This document shows, in pieces, positions 9,626 to 18,510 of a stretch of 64,000 nucleotides of DNA. The first letter of the stretch is position 1. Each line of letters begins with the position of its first letter. The DNA is taken from positions 78,336 to 142,335 of the forward strand of contig CAWGXL010000001.1 in NCBI GenBank assembly GCA_963826535.1, written 5' to 3'. Below the pieces are notes generated by a model. The model was not told the origin of the DNA, searched no databases, and was given only the letters and a program-made list of their open reading frames with translations. The position numbers and the translations under genes are program-made. This DNA comes from an uncultured bacterium. Lineage in GTDB: Bacteria; Patescibacteriota; Microgenomatia; Levybacterales; UBA12049.

Positions 9626-10163
9626 TAAAGGTATTAATCTCGTAGTTGATAATCGTAAAAATAAACAATTAGCACCGCTAAAAGGTAAATTAAAAATAAT
9701 GCGCTTAAGCGCAATGGGTTTATTATTTATCGTTGGGGTTTCTTCAGTGATCCTTTCTATCTTAATTGTATTTTCCCCTTTACCTAGATTGCAGGAGGAT
9801 GAACAAAAAGCAAAGACAAACCTTGCCACTTATAAAATAGAAATAAATAAAATTGCTTTTATAAACGATAGGGGAGATGGCATTCGGCAAATACTTAAAA
9901 AGCGCCCGTATTACGACAAAAAATTAGATGTAATTAAAAATAAATTACCCGTGGATGTAACCCTGGATGGGTTAACTATAGAAAATAAAACTTATACCCT
10001 TAGATTTTCAAGCAATAATTTAGCCTCCCTCGACCAATTTATTGATTCTGTTGTTTCTGCAACCGGTGTAGGTAAAGAGTTTTTACGGGTTTATTTGACA
10101 AGTTTATCCGTAGATGAAGATAAGAACAGATTTGTATTGATCGTTGATTTGCTCACTGTATGA
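9618..10163 (+). CDS. pilN: PilN-like assembly protein
   Basis: N-terminal INL motif, one TM, follows pilM. Confidence 0.7.
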   Translation: MSNKGINLVVDNRKNKQLAPLKGKLKIMRLSAMGLLFIVGVSSVILSILIVFSPLPRLQEDEQKAKTNLATYKIEINKIAFINDRGDGIRQILKKRPYYDKKLDVIKNKLPVDVTLDGLTIENKTYTLRFSSNNLASLDQFIDSVVSATGVGKEFLRVYLTSLSVDEDKNRFVLIVDLLTV

Positions 10164-10193
10164 CCCTCCTTCGTTAAAACTACGGAAGGGTCA
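10161..10193. repeat. Intergenic palindrome TGACCCTCCTTCGTTAAAACTACGGAAGGGTCA
   Basis: Imperfect inverted repeat. Confidence 0.55.
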
Positions 10194-10283
10194 TGCCGAC
10201 GAAGCATTATGAAGAAAAATACAAAGCATTTAAAGCTGCTGAATAATTAATTTTATGAGATATAGAAAGGTTGGCGAAGTGGC

Positions 10284-10994
10284 ATGAGATCAGAGACTTG
10301 GCTGCGGCACAATAATGCAAGGTTTATTTATTTTTCCTATAAGGATTCTCCTTACTATTCTTTTTTGATATTAATAATTATTATATCTGTCAGTATTGTG
10401 CTTATTTTTAATATACTGATGCCACAGGCTAATAGTTGGTTTTCTATAAGAGACGAGTCCATAGCCACCCAGCAAAGAATATCAATTATAACCGGCAATA
10501 TTGATTATATGTCCAAGTTAAATAAAACCGCGCTCGAAAATAATCGACAGACAGTAATTCGCGCTTTGCCGGTTGAAAAAGACTTTGCCGATATTATTAA
10601 TGCCGTAGGTGTAAGCGCTGTGAGATCAGGGATATCTGTAAATGATTTCACTTTTGCTTTAGGATCAGTTCCGACTGCCTCATCTGAAACAATAATGCTT
10701 GAACTTTCATTAAATGGAAGCATTGATGGAATTAAAACTTTTATCAAGGAAATAGGAGAAAAGCTGCCTCTTAGTGAAGTTGATGCCGTAGATACTACAA
10801 ATACCACGACTGCTATTTCTCTAAAATTCCATAGTAAATCTTATCGTCCGCTAAAAATTCGCGACGAAGAGCCCATTCGTCCTGTATCCGCCGAGAATGG
10901 TACCATACTTGGCACACTCTCGACCTGGAGTTCTAACACAAGTTCCGATCCGTTAGCACTTCCACCACCTTCCTCATCAATTCCACTTTTTTAA
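10284..10994 (+). CDS. pilO: PilO-like assembly protein
   Basis: One TM, coiled segment, ALP motif, follows pilN. Confidence 0.65.
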   Translation: MRSETWLRHNNARFIYFSYKDSPYYSFLILIIIISVSIVLIFNILMPQANSWFSIRDESIATQQRISIITGNIDYMSKLNKTALENNRQTVIRALPVEKDFADIINAVGVSAVRSGISVNDFTFALGSVPTASSETIMLELSLNGSIDGIKTFIKEIGEKLPLSEVDAVDTTNTTTAISLKFHSKSYRPLKIRDEEPIRPVSAENGTILGTLSTWSSNTSSDPLALPPPSSSIPLF

Positions 10995-11010
10995 TTGCTT
11001 GCGTGTTCAG

Positions 11011-11733
11011 TTATTTTTTAACAAGGTCGGGGCGTACTTTTTTGGTTTTTTCGCGGGCTTGTTGCATTCTCCACTCTTGTATTTTTTTATGATTGCCCGA
11101 AAGAAGAATTTCCGGCACGGAATTTTTATCAAACTCAGCTGGCTTCGTATAGTGTGGATATTCAAGATATTGTTGCCCGCTCGAGTCTATAATAGAAAAA
11201 GATTCATTATTAGTTACTCCATTTTTTAACACACCTGGAATCAAACGAGTCACAGAATCAGTTATCAGCATGGCAGGAATTTCGCCTCCCGTAATAACAA
11301 AATCTCCGACCGTTATTTCTTCATCTATATATTTATTAATTCGCGCGTCAACTCCCTCATAATGTCCGCATACGAGAATGAGATGATCAAAACCGGAAAA
11401 TTCCTGTGCTTTTTGTTGATTAAACCTTTTTCCTGAAGCACTAAGAAGCACCACCCTTTCCCGCCTGCCCGCCGGATTGGTGGGACCCTTGCTTCTTGCT
11501 TCTTGCTCCTTGCTTCTTGCTATCGCCTTGTGCAATACATCCACCCTCATCACCATCCCAATCCCACCGCCATAAGGCGTATCGTCCACGATTTTATGCC
11601 TGCCGATACCGAAATCCCGTATATTTACGATATTTATTTCAACTAATTTTTTATCCCGGGCTTTTTTTACAATTGAAAATTCAAACGGCCCTTGGAACAT
11701 TTCAGGAAATAATGTAAGAATAGTTATTTTCAG
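11011..11733 (-). CDS. trmD: tRNA (guanine37-N1)-methyltransferase
   Basis: VDDTPYGGGIGM, CGHYEGVD, GDFVITGGE, LEYPHYT; conserved N-terminus KITILTLFPEMF requires a CTG start at 11733. Confidence 0.95.
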   Translation of the reverse strand: MKITILTLFPEMFQGPFEFSIVKKARDKKLVEINIVNIRDFGIGRHKIVDDTPYGGGIGMVMRVDVLHKAIARSKEQEARSKGPTNPAGRRERVVLLSASGKRFNQQKAQEFSGFDHLILVCGHYEGVDARINKYIDEEITVGDFVITGGEIPAMLITDSVTRLIPGVLKNGVTNNESFSIIDSSGQQYLEYPHYTKPAEFDKNSVPEILLSGNHKKIQEWRMQQAREKTKKVRPDLVKK

Positions 11734-11978
11734 AGGCTTTTTGCTTCACTATCTGCAATTGAAATATTAATTCGAGCGTTCTGCTTCATGGCTTTAATCT
11801 TCATCACATTACGAATACTGCGGATAACTTTTCCTGTCTTACCTATAATTTTACCCATATCTTCCTTATCTACTGTAATTACAAGATTGGTAACGCCGTC
11901 AACTTGCTCCTCTTCAACTTTAACACCATCTTTATTATCAACAATTGCTGAAACAATGAACAGTAAAGTATCTTTCAT
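11730..11978 (-). CDS. khpA: KH-domain RNA-binding protein KhpA/YlqC
   Basis: DMGKIIGKTGKVIRSIR; between rpsP and trmD. Confidence 0.9.
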   Translation of the reverse strand: MKDTLLFIVSAIVDNKDGVKVEEEQVDGVTNLVITVDKEDMGKIIGKTGKVIRSIRNVMKIKAMKQNARINISIADSEAKSL

Positions 11979-12008
11979 GATTTATTTCTCCGCCCGGGGC
12001 GGATAAGC

Positions 12009-12239
12009 CTAAGGCTTAACAATCTCGGCAACCGTTGCGCTCGGTCTGGCTCCCTGAGAAACCCAGTAGCCGTATCGCTCCATATTGATCACTTTTTTCT
12101 TGTGATCTTTAGTTTTGTTATACCATCCAAGTAGCTCCAGGAAACCCCCATCGCGCTTACTCCGCTTCTCCTTCACCACCACTCTAAATTTTCTCTCTCC
12201 CTTTTTACCCGTTCTCGTTAATCTGATTACTAGTGACAT
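12009..12239 (-). CDS. rpsP: 30S ribosomal protein S16
   Basis: IRLTRTGKK...RDGGFLELLGWY...WVSQGARPSATV. Confidence 0.95.
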   Translation of the reverse strand: MSLVIRLTRTGKKGERKFRVVVKEKRSKRDGGFLELLGWYNKTKDHKKKVINMERYGYWVSQGARPSATVAEIVKP

Positions 12240-12296
12240 AACCACATTTTATCATTATTTACCAATCTTCTCAAGGGCCTGATTAATACGTGGCAT

Positions 12297-13772
12297 TTAT
12301 GAAATTGGCTTATTATGTACCAAGCCAACATTGGATTGCGACTGTTGGTTATATTTCTCATTAAATTTATTAAAATCCTCCTGATTAAATACTTTCAGAG
12401 AAAATGTGAAAGTCGTGCCTCTTCCTTTACCTTCAGATGAAGCCCATATTTTACCTCCATGCAACCCCACAAGTGACCGGCAAATATAAAGACCAAGTCC
12501 GGTTCCCATTGCTGATTGGTTTGCAACATAAGAGCCTGGCAATATACCAAATTTTTGGAATAATTTCGACAAATCCTCAGCCGCTATACCTGTTCCTGTA
12601 TCTTTTATCTCAATCTCAACCATATTCTCTTGCTGAGTACAGGAAACTGTAATTTTCCCGCCGCTAGGAGTAAATTTCATAGAATTACCAATAAGATTAT
12701 AGATAACCTCTTTAATCTTATCCGGATCAGCTAGTACTTCGGCAACAGCACTCCGCTGTTCAACTGCAACCGTAATTCCAAGTTCAGTTGCTCTTGCACC
12801 CACATCATCTACAACTTCACGGACCATCTGCTCACAAGAACATGATTTCACCTGCACCGTAAGTCTCCCCGAATCAATACGCGATATATTCAGCATATCA
12901 TTGACAAGCTTTATCAACCGGTCAACCGAATTATATGACCTCTGCACATAATGCCTCTGCTTCTCATTAAGCACCCCTCCCTGCCCATCAAGCGCCATCC
13001 ACAGATACGACTTAATAGCCGTCATCGGCGTCCTGAGCTCATGAGATGCCAACGAAACAAACTCATCCTTCAACCGATCCAACTCCTTCAATCGCGCATT
13101 GGCATCCCGAATTTCCTGATAAAGAAATGCATTATCAATAGCAATACCAATAGTACTAACTAAACGATAAATCAAGTCTTTTTGATATTGAGGCATATCA
13201 TCTTCTTTCACAGTCACACAGAGTACTAATGCCCCCAACGGTTCATTACGCACAATAAGCGGGTATATCAAGGTAGATTTAACTTCATCTATCACATCTA
13301 TTTTACTTAACGCTTCAGATGAATCTAAAGAAATAAATTCAGAACGAATATCATGAACAATTTGTAACTTCTTTTCGTTAACAGACTTAGCTATTACATT
13401 TTTCTCGTCAGATAACTTAATTTCTTCCTGAAACACTTGTGTTTTTAACTGTTGTAACAAGCCAGTTAATTCTGTTTGCGAAAGGGCAACCCTACTCAAT
13501 AATCCATCTTTTTCTATAAGATAAATTACGACAGCCTTAAAACTTGCCTCGGTTGCAACAGTATCTACTACCTGTTGTGCAATTTGATACTCATCAGTAA
13601 CAGCGGTCATGATTATTTCATCTATTTTACGAAGCAGGGAGAGTATTTTATTTTTCTCTGCAAGCTCAAAATTCTTTTTATACATCTCCTCTGTTATATG
13701 AGCTAATTCTTTCGCGGTATCTGTTATTGTCTTAGTATTGGAGTCGTTTACATTTTTCCCTGAATTATCCAT
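12297..13772 (-). CDS. Soluble GAF-domain histidine kinase
   Basis: GAF (YPLIVRNEPLGAL...IAIDNA), ASHELRTP, NSMKFT, GTGLGL; no TM. Confidence 0.9.
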   Translation of the reverse strand: MDNSGKNVNDSNTKTITDTAKELAHITEEMYKKNFELAEKNKILSLLRKIDEIIMTAVTDEYQIAQQVVDTVATEASFKAVVIYLIEKDGLLSRVALSQTELTGLLQQLKTQVFQEEIKLSDEKNVIAKSVNEKKLQIVHDIRSEFISLDSSEALSKIDVIDEVKSTLIYPLIVRNEPLGALVLCVTVKEDDMPQYQKDLIYRLVSTIGIAIDNAFLYQEIRDANARLKELDRLKDEFVSLASHELRTPMTAIKSYLWMALDGQGGVLNEKQRHYVQRSYNSVDRLIKLVNDMLNISRIDSGRLTVQVKSCSCEQMVREVVDDVGARATELGITVAVEQRSAVAEVLADPDKIKEVIYNLIGNSMKFTPSGGKITVSCTQQENMVEIEIKDTGTGIAAEDLSKLFQKFGILPGSYVANQSAMGTGLGLYICRSLVGLHGGKIWASSEGKGRGTTFTFSLKVFNQEDFNKFNEKYNQQSQSNVGLVHNKPIS

Positions 13773-13797
13773 ATCCTATAAAGTATAATAGTTTTCA

Positions 13798-14076
13798 CTA
13801 CCGGAGTAAATTAGGAACTTGATCACGGGGGACTTGAGAAATAACTCCACTAACAGCTTCCTTACACGCCTCAACCGACGCCTGACCAAAAAGATCCTTA
13901 TATCTCTCTATTAATTTCTCGACTGCATCTGATTTATTGCCTTGAAAACTAATTTCATGGCTTTTTAAGTCAACTTTAAGCCCGGGAACCTTTTGCGCTT
14001 GTTCAATAGCAATAGGACCAATAATTGCTTCCTGTCCCTTAATAATCTTATCTGCTAACTGAGCAAAAATATCCAT
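13798..14076 (-). CDS. Small hypothetical protein (possible signalling adaptor)
   Basis: Clean 92-aa ORF packed between a membrane protein and the kinase. Confidence 0.7.
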   Translation of the reverse strand: MDIFAQLADKIIKGQEAIIGPIAIEQAQKVPGLKVDLKSHEISFQGNKSDAVEKLIERYKDLFGQASVEACKEAVSGVISQVPRDQVPNLLR

Positions 14077-14100
14077 AAAGTTTCGAATAAATAATTCACA

Positions 14101-14919
14101 TTAACCAATGTGTGATGCTTTTGGCATTTTGCAGAAACCAAGAGTTCCAAACGTAATAAAGAAAAGGCCGAGCGTAAGCATAAGATCACCAAAACTACCG
14201 TTATAGAATGTACCCGCAGTAGTAGTAAAAGAAAAAATTGAATCGGCAATAAACATTACTCCTAAACCCAATAAAATTGCATAAATATCATTCTTATATT
14301 TACCTCCTAGATATTTGAACGACAGCCCGGAAATTACAACAGAAATAGCTAAAGCCAAAAAGTCACCCAAGGGATAAACAATATCCAATACAGTCTTTAG
14401 GGGTGTCTCTCCATCAGGAACCACAACTCCACCTCTAGCAACTTCAACAAGCACATAATATGATATTATCACCAAGAATAGAACAGCAATTACAGTTAAA
14501 ACTTTTGCGTTTTTATGTCTCCATCCGAATTTTGCACCCGTTGCTTTCGATAGGTAAACAGCCCCAAGCCCGTAGAAAAATATACTAGGTGCAAAACCTA
14601 AATCAGCCAAAGATGGATAAGGTGCCGGCTCACTTAGAAAAAAATTATAATATGACCAGATGGTCTCGCCTAGTCCCCAAAGTAAAAGACCAAGTCCAAG
14701 AAAAAATACAGCTTTTCCCACTGCACTTTTAAATCCTCCCCACATTTTCGATTTTAGTAGTGCAAAAAATCCACCAACAAGAGGAATTAATCCGAATAAA
14801 AATGAGTAGAGAAAGTTATAGAAGCCTGTTTTTGTCCCGCTAGAAAAAAGTAAAACCCAAAATATAAACAAAAAAACCAAAAAAGCCAAACACACTTTTT
14901 GGTAAACGTTTATATTCAC
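14101..14919 (-). CDS. Polytopic membrane protein resembling sensory TM regions of signalling proteins
   Basis: About 7 TM; PYPSLADLGF and YPLGD motifs. Confidence 0.65.
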   Translation of the reverse strand: MNINVYQKVCLAFLVFLFIFWVLLFSSGTKTGFYNFLYSFLFGLIPLVGGFFALLKSKMWGGFKSAVGKAVFFLGLGLLLWGLGETIWSYYNFFLSEPAPYPSLADLGFAPSIFFYGLGAVYLSKATGAKFGWRHKNAKVLTVIAVLFLVIISYYVLVEVARGGVVVPDGETPLKTVLDIVYPLGDFLALAISVVISGLSFKYLGGKYKNDIYAILLGLGVMFIADSIFSFTTTAGTFYNGSFGDLMLTLGLFFITFGTLGFCKMPKASHIG

Positions 14920-14951
14920 ATTACTAGTTTATGCATATTTTATTATAAATG

Positions 14952-16127
14952 TCAAATATAATAAACGTTGGGCTTTGGGAAACCATTAAAGCGGCTTGTC
15001 ATCCCGATGCTATATGCTCCAGTGTCATGAATAACAAGCTTATCGCCTACATCAATATCGCTTGGCAAAAGCACTTCCCGAGTTATAACATCAGGACTAT
15101 CTCCCGTTGGGCCTGCTATCGCGAAAGAGGATTCCCCCGAATTTTTGACAGGTCTCATACTAGTTATTAAATATCGGGTAGATCCCTGATATGCCATAGC
15201 TTCAAACAAACCGTTATAACAACCTCCATCTAAAAATAACCAAGTGGAACCACGTCTTTCAACGCGAGCTATAACGCTGGCGACCATTATTCCTGTATCT
15301 GCAATAATTCCCCGGCCAGGCTCCAAAATTAATTTAGGCTCGTAAGGTAGTTTCTTGTATTGCTTTAACGTTAATTTTGCTATTTCTTTGAGAGTAGGCG
15401 CGTTCGCACTTGAGAGATATCTGCATGGATATCCGCCCCCCAGATTTAATACGTCCAATTTTATCCCCATATCTATTAAATCTTGAATTATTGAACGCAA
15501 ACTAACCAATGTATTTGCCCAGGCTTCAGAATCAGAAGCCTGTGACCCCACATGAAAAGAAATGCCATATGGATATAAACCAAGCTCTTTTGCTCTTTGT
15601 AGTAAAGGAATAATACTTGCCGTCTCTGCACCAAATTTTGAAGAAAACTTAAATACTGAACCCGAATCATTAGTTACGCTTCTGATATAAACTTTTGAGC
15701 CTGGTGCGCAAGCTGCAATTTTTTCAAGTTCCGGTAATGAGTCACATGCATACCGTTTTACTCCATATTTAAAACACTCCTTAATATGAATTGTTGATTT
15801 GACAGAAGTTCCATAAATAATTTTTTCAGCAGGCACTTTGATTTTTTTTAGCATATCAAGTTCGGAACTTGATGCCACTTCAAACCCTGAGCCAGCGTCT
15901 GATAGTATTTTCAATATCACCGGTTCAGAATTAGCTTTCATTGCGTAATAAATGGAAGAATTAGGAAAAAGTTTTTTAAACTGATTAAAGTTATTTATAA
16001 TTTTTTTCTCGCTAAAAAGAAAAAATGGAGTTTTATATGTTAGAGTCTCCAAAAACATCGGGTCAAAAGCCTTATTTGGATTTTTCCCTACTATACCCTT
16101 AATTTTATTCACAATTTTATTAACCAT
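14952..16127 (-). CDS. Fold-III PLP ornithine/lysine decarboxylase-like enzyme
   Basis: YAMKAN, FEVAS, SKFG, FHVGSQ, LNLGGG, EPGR, GAY. Confidence 0.88.
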   Translation of the reverse strand: MVNKIVNKIKGIVGKNPNKAFDPMFLETLTYKTPFFLFSEKKIINNFNQFKKLFPNSSIYYAMKANSEPVILKILSDAGSGFEVASSSELDMLKKIKVPAEKIIYGTSVKSTIHIKECFKYGVKRYACDSLPELEKIAACAPGSKVYIRSVTNDSGSVFKFSSKFGAETASIIPLLQRAKELGLYPYGISFHVGSQASDSEAWANTLVSLRSIIQDLIDMGIKLDVLNLGGGYPCRYLSSANAPTLKEIAKLTLKQYKKLPYEPKLILEPGRGIIADTGIMVASVIARVERRGSTWLFLDGGCYNGLFEAMAYQGSTRYLITSMRPVKNSGESSFAIAGPTGDSPDVITREVLLPSDIDVGDKLVIHDTGAYSIGMTSRFNGFPKPNVYYI

Positions 16128-16143
16128 AATATTTGTATTGCTA

Positions 16144-17039
16144 CTAATTTAAAGACAAAATGATAATTCCGGCAACAATTACAAGCCCTCCAAGGGTTTG
16201 AATCATCGCAACCTTCTCTTTCAGAAATACGCGTGCGAATATAATGGTTGGCAACAAAAAGCTCCGCTGATCAAGGCTACTACACTGGTAAATGATGTCT
16301 TACTATACCCTAAACTTATTGAGGCATATGCTAAAATTTCACAAAAACCAATGAGAAATAAAAATTTCCAAATATTAGGCTTTGTAACTTTCAATTTTAC
16401 CCTTTGATATTTTGCTATTGCAAGTAAGACCAATGTCATAAATGCGTACATTAACAATGCATAAACTAACCAATCTTTTCCTCCGACAAATTTATCCCAT
16501 GACAAAGTCCATATAGCAGCAAGAACCGTTGCTAACCCTACCTCTTTAATTCCGGGTACATTTCCCAATTTGAGTCTTTTTAAGCGAAATGCTTGTGTAT
16601 CCATGCTGATAAACAAAATGCCTATAAAAATAACACCAAGAGACAAGGGGAGACTACCACTCAATTTTTCCCCTAAGAAGCCAACTGAAATAAGAGCTAC
16701 AATCCCAGAAAAAGAAGCAAATACTGGATTAAGAAGACCAACCTGTCCCTTGCCAAAACCCTTATAAACCAGTAAGTAGACAATTCCCTGTAATGCTCCA
16801 AAAAAGATGAGTAGTCCCCACTCTACTGAATTTTGCGGTAAAGAAAACTTTTGTTCACCTACAATTACTTGGTATAAAAGTATGAGAAAAAAGACAATAG
16901 TACCGAATACATGTGCCCAAACCAAGCTGACAATATCACCTATTTCATCAATTGTTTTCTTGGCAAATAGGTCGGCAAAACCCCAACCCAGCATTGCGCC
17001 AAGTCCAGTCAAAATAGCAATCAATAGTTCACTTTGCAT
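16144..17039 (-). pseudogene. EamA/DMT transporter, frameshifted near the C-terminus
   Basis: Two EamA repeats; ORF stops at 16221 but another frame continues LPTIIFARVFLKEKV...GIIILSLN* to 16144. Confidence 0.75.
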
Positions 17040-17301
17040 ACATTCTTAGCCTTACTACTAATAGTGTTAAAAATAACCTAATTATATTAGACTAGCAGGA
17101 AGTATATCAAAAAAAAAGACCTATAGCAAGTAGCAAGATCTATACATGTATATAAACTAATCAAAAAATAGCCTCGAATTTGATTCCTATTACAATTATC
17201 GTCCCCAAAATATACCCATAGTAAATATATCAGATCCCCTTCAAATAAGTTCCTAGTTGATTCATTTATGCATTAATAGATTATTGTATTCTTGCAATAT
17301 A

Positions 17302-18417
17302 TTAATCCAACCACTTCTTTTCAAGTTCAGCTAATACTCCTTTTTTGCGGAGCGATGCCAGAGCTTCATTGACCTGTGTAACAGATGGATCACCTTTAAT
17401 AAAAACAATACCATAATATTCATTATTAAAAGGCTCACTGACAATTTTTAAACTTGAATTTTTAGATATAATTCCCTTAGCATTTGGAAGATCGGTAAAA
17501 AGTGCATCAACAGAACCAGCCACAAGGGCATTTGTTGCCTGTACAAAATCCGAATAGCGCATTACTAATCTATCTGTTGTATATTTAAGTGCTTCTATTT
17601 CATTTGTAGTCCCTGTCTGAGTAGCAATTTTTTTACCTCTTAAATCTGCAGTTCCGTGAATTGTAGTATTTCCTTTTTTTGTGATAATTACTTGTCCGGC
17701 ATTCAAATATTCATCAGAAAAATCATACTTTTGTTGTCTCTCCTCAATAATACTAACTGCTGAAATAATCATATTAATCTGTCTCTGATCAAGTGAATTA
17801 AAGAGATTGTCAAAGATAATATTGCGAAACTCTATACCCGCATCCAATTCTTTTGCTAAATATGTCCCTAAGTCAACGTCAAATCCTACCAAATTCCCGT
17901 TTTCAATAAACTCCATTGGCTCTAGAGTAGCATCAATTCCTATAACCAGAGTCTTAGGTTCTGTAACTGCGGAAGGAACAGTATTAGGAGAATTTATATA
18001 GTTTTTTTGCGATTGAATTTGTATATATGAATAAATTAATACGAAACCAAGCAAGAAAAGTAAAATAAGAAATATACTACCCAGAACACTGAAGCGACTT
18101 GTCGATGATTTAATAGAGCTCTCAATTTTTATATCGAGTTTTTCTCTCTCCTGCTCTGTTAAGTAACCGAGGCCTGTTGTTGCGAGGAATTCGTTACATT
18201 CTCCTTTCGTACTAATCGCCTTCTTGTCTACGAAAATTACGATAATTGTCAACACAAGCTTTCTATCCATCGGAATTCTCGTCCCTTTCTGCCAGTGTGA
18301 AAAAATACTCTCTTCATAAAAATACCCCTTCTCCGAAAGAGCATCTCCAAATGCGGCAAAGGTATCAAATTCCGCCCGCAACCGGTATTTCTTAAAAAGC
18401 TCCGCAAAAGTCTTCAT
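17302..18417 (-). CDS. Putative HTH domain + single TM + family-3 amino-acid-binding domain
   Basis: FAELFKKYR...FSHWQKGTRIP (XRE-like); TM; GIDATLEPMEF, GFDVDL, EERQQKYDFS, YGI. Confidence 0.8.
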   Translation of the reverse strand: MKTFAELFKKYRLRAEFDTFAAFGDALSEKGYFYEESIFSHWQKGTRIPMDRKLVLTIIVIFVDKKAISTKGECNEFLATTGLGYLTEQEREKLDIKIESSIKSSTSRFSVLGSIFLILLFLLGFVLIYSYIQIQSQKNYINSPNTVPSAVTEPKTLVIGIDATLEPMEFIENGNLVGFDVDLGTYLAKELDAGIEFRNIIFDNLFNSLDQRQINMIISAVSIIEERQQKYDFSDEYLNAGQVIITKKGNTTIHGTADLRGKKIATQTGTTNEIEALKYTTDRLVMRYSDFVQATNALVAGSVDALFTDLPNAKGIISKNSSLKIVSEPFNNEYYGIVFIKGDPSVTQVNEALASLRKKGVLAELEKKWLD

Positions 18418-18444
18418 AGCTGAGATTAATTATACTAAATACTC

Positions 18445-18499
18445 TGTCAGTTTTCCTGACAGCTATGTCATGGTCAACTTTCCTCGTCTATATTATGAT
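18445..18499 (+). promoter_or_regulatory. Operator/promoter TGTCAG-N5-CTGAC-N6-GTCATG-N21-TATGAT
   Basis: Identical spacing at 22243-22297. Confidence 0.6.
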
Positions 18500-18510
18500 A
18501 TTTTCGAAAT

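Noticed and set aside
3796-10994. Pilus cluster lacking pilB, pilC, pilT and pilQ as defective
   Set aside because: Motor genes are commonly encoded elsewhere and monoderm cells need no secretin.
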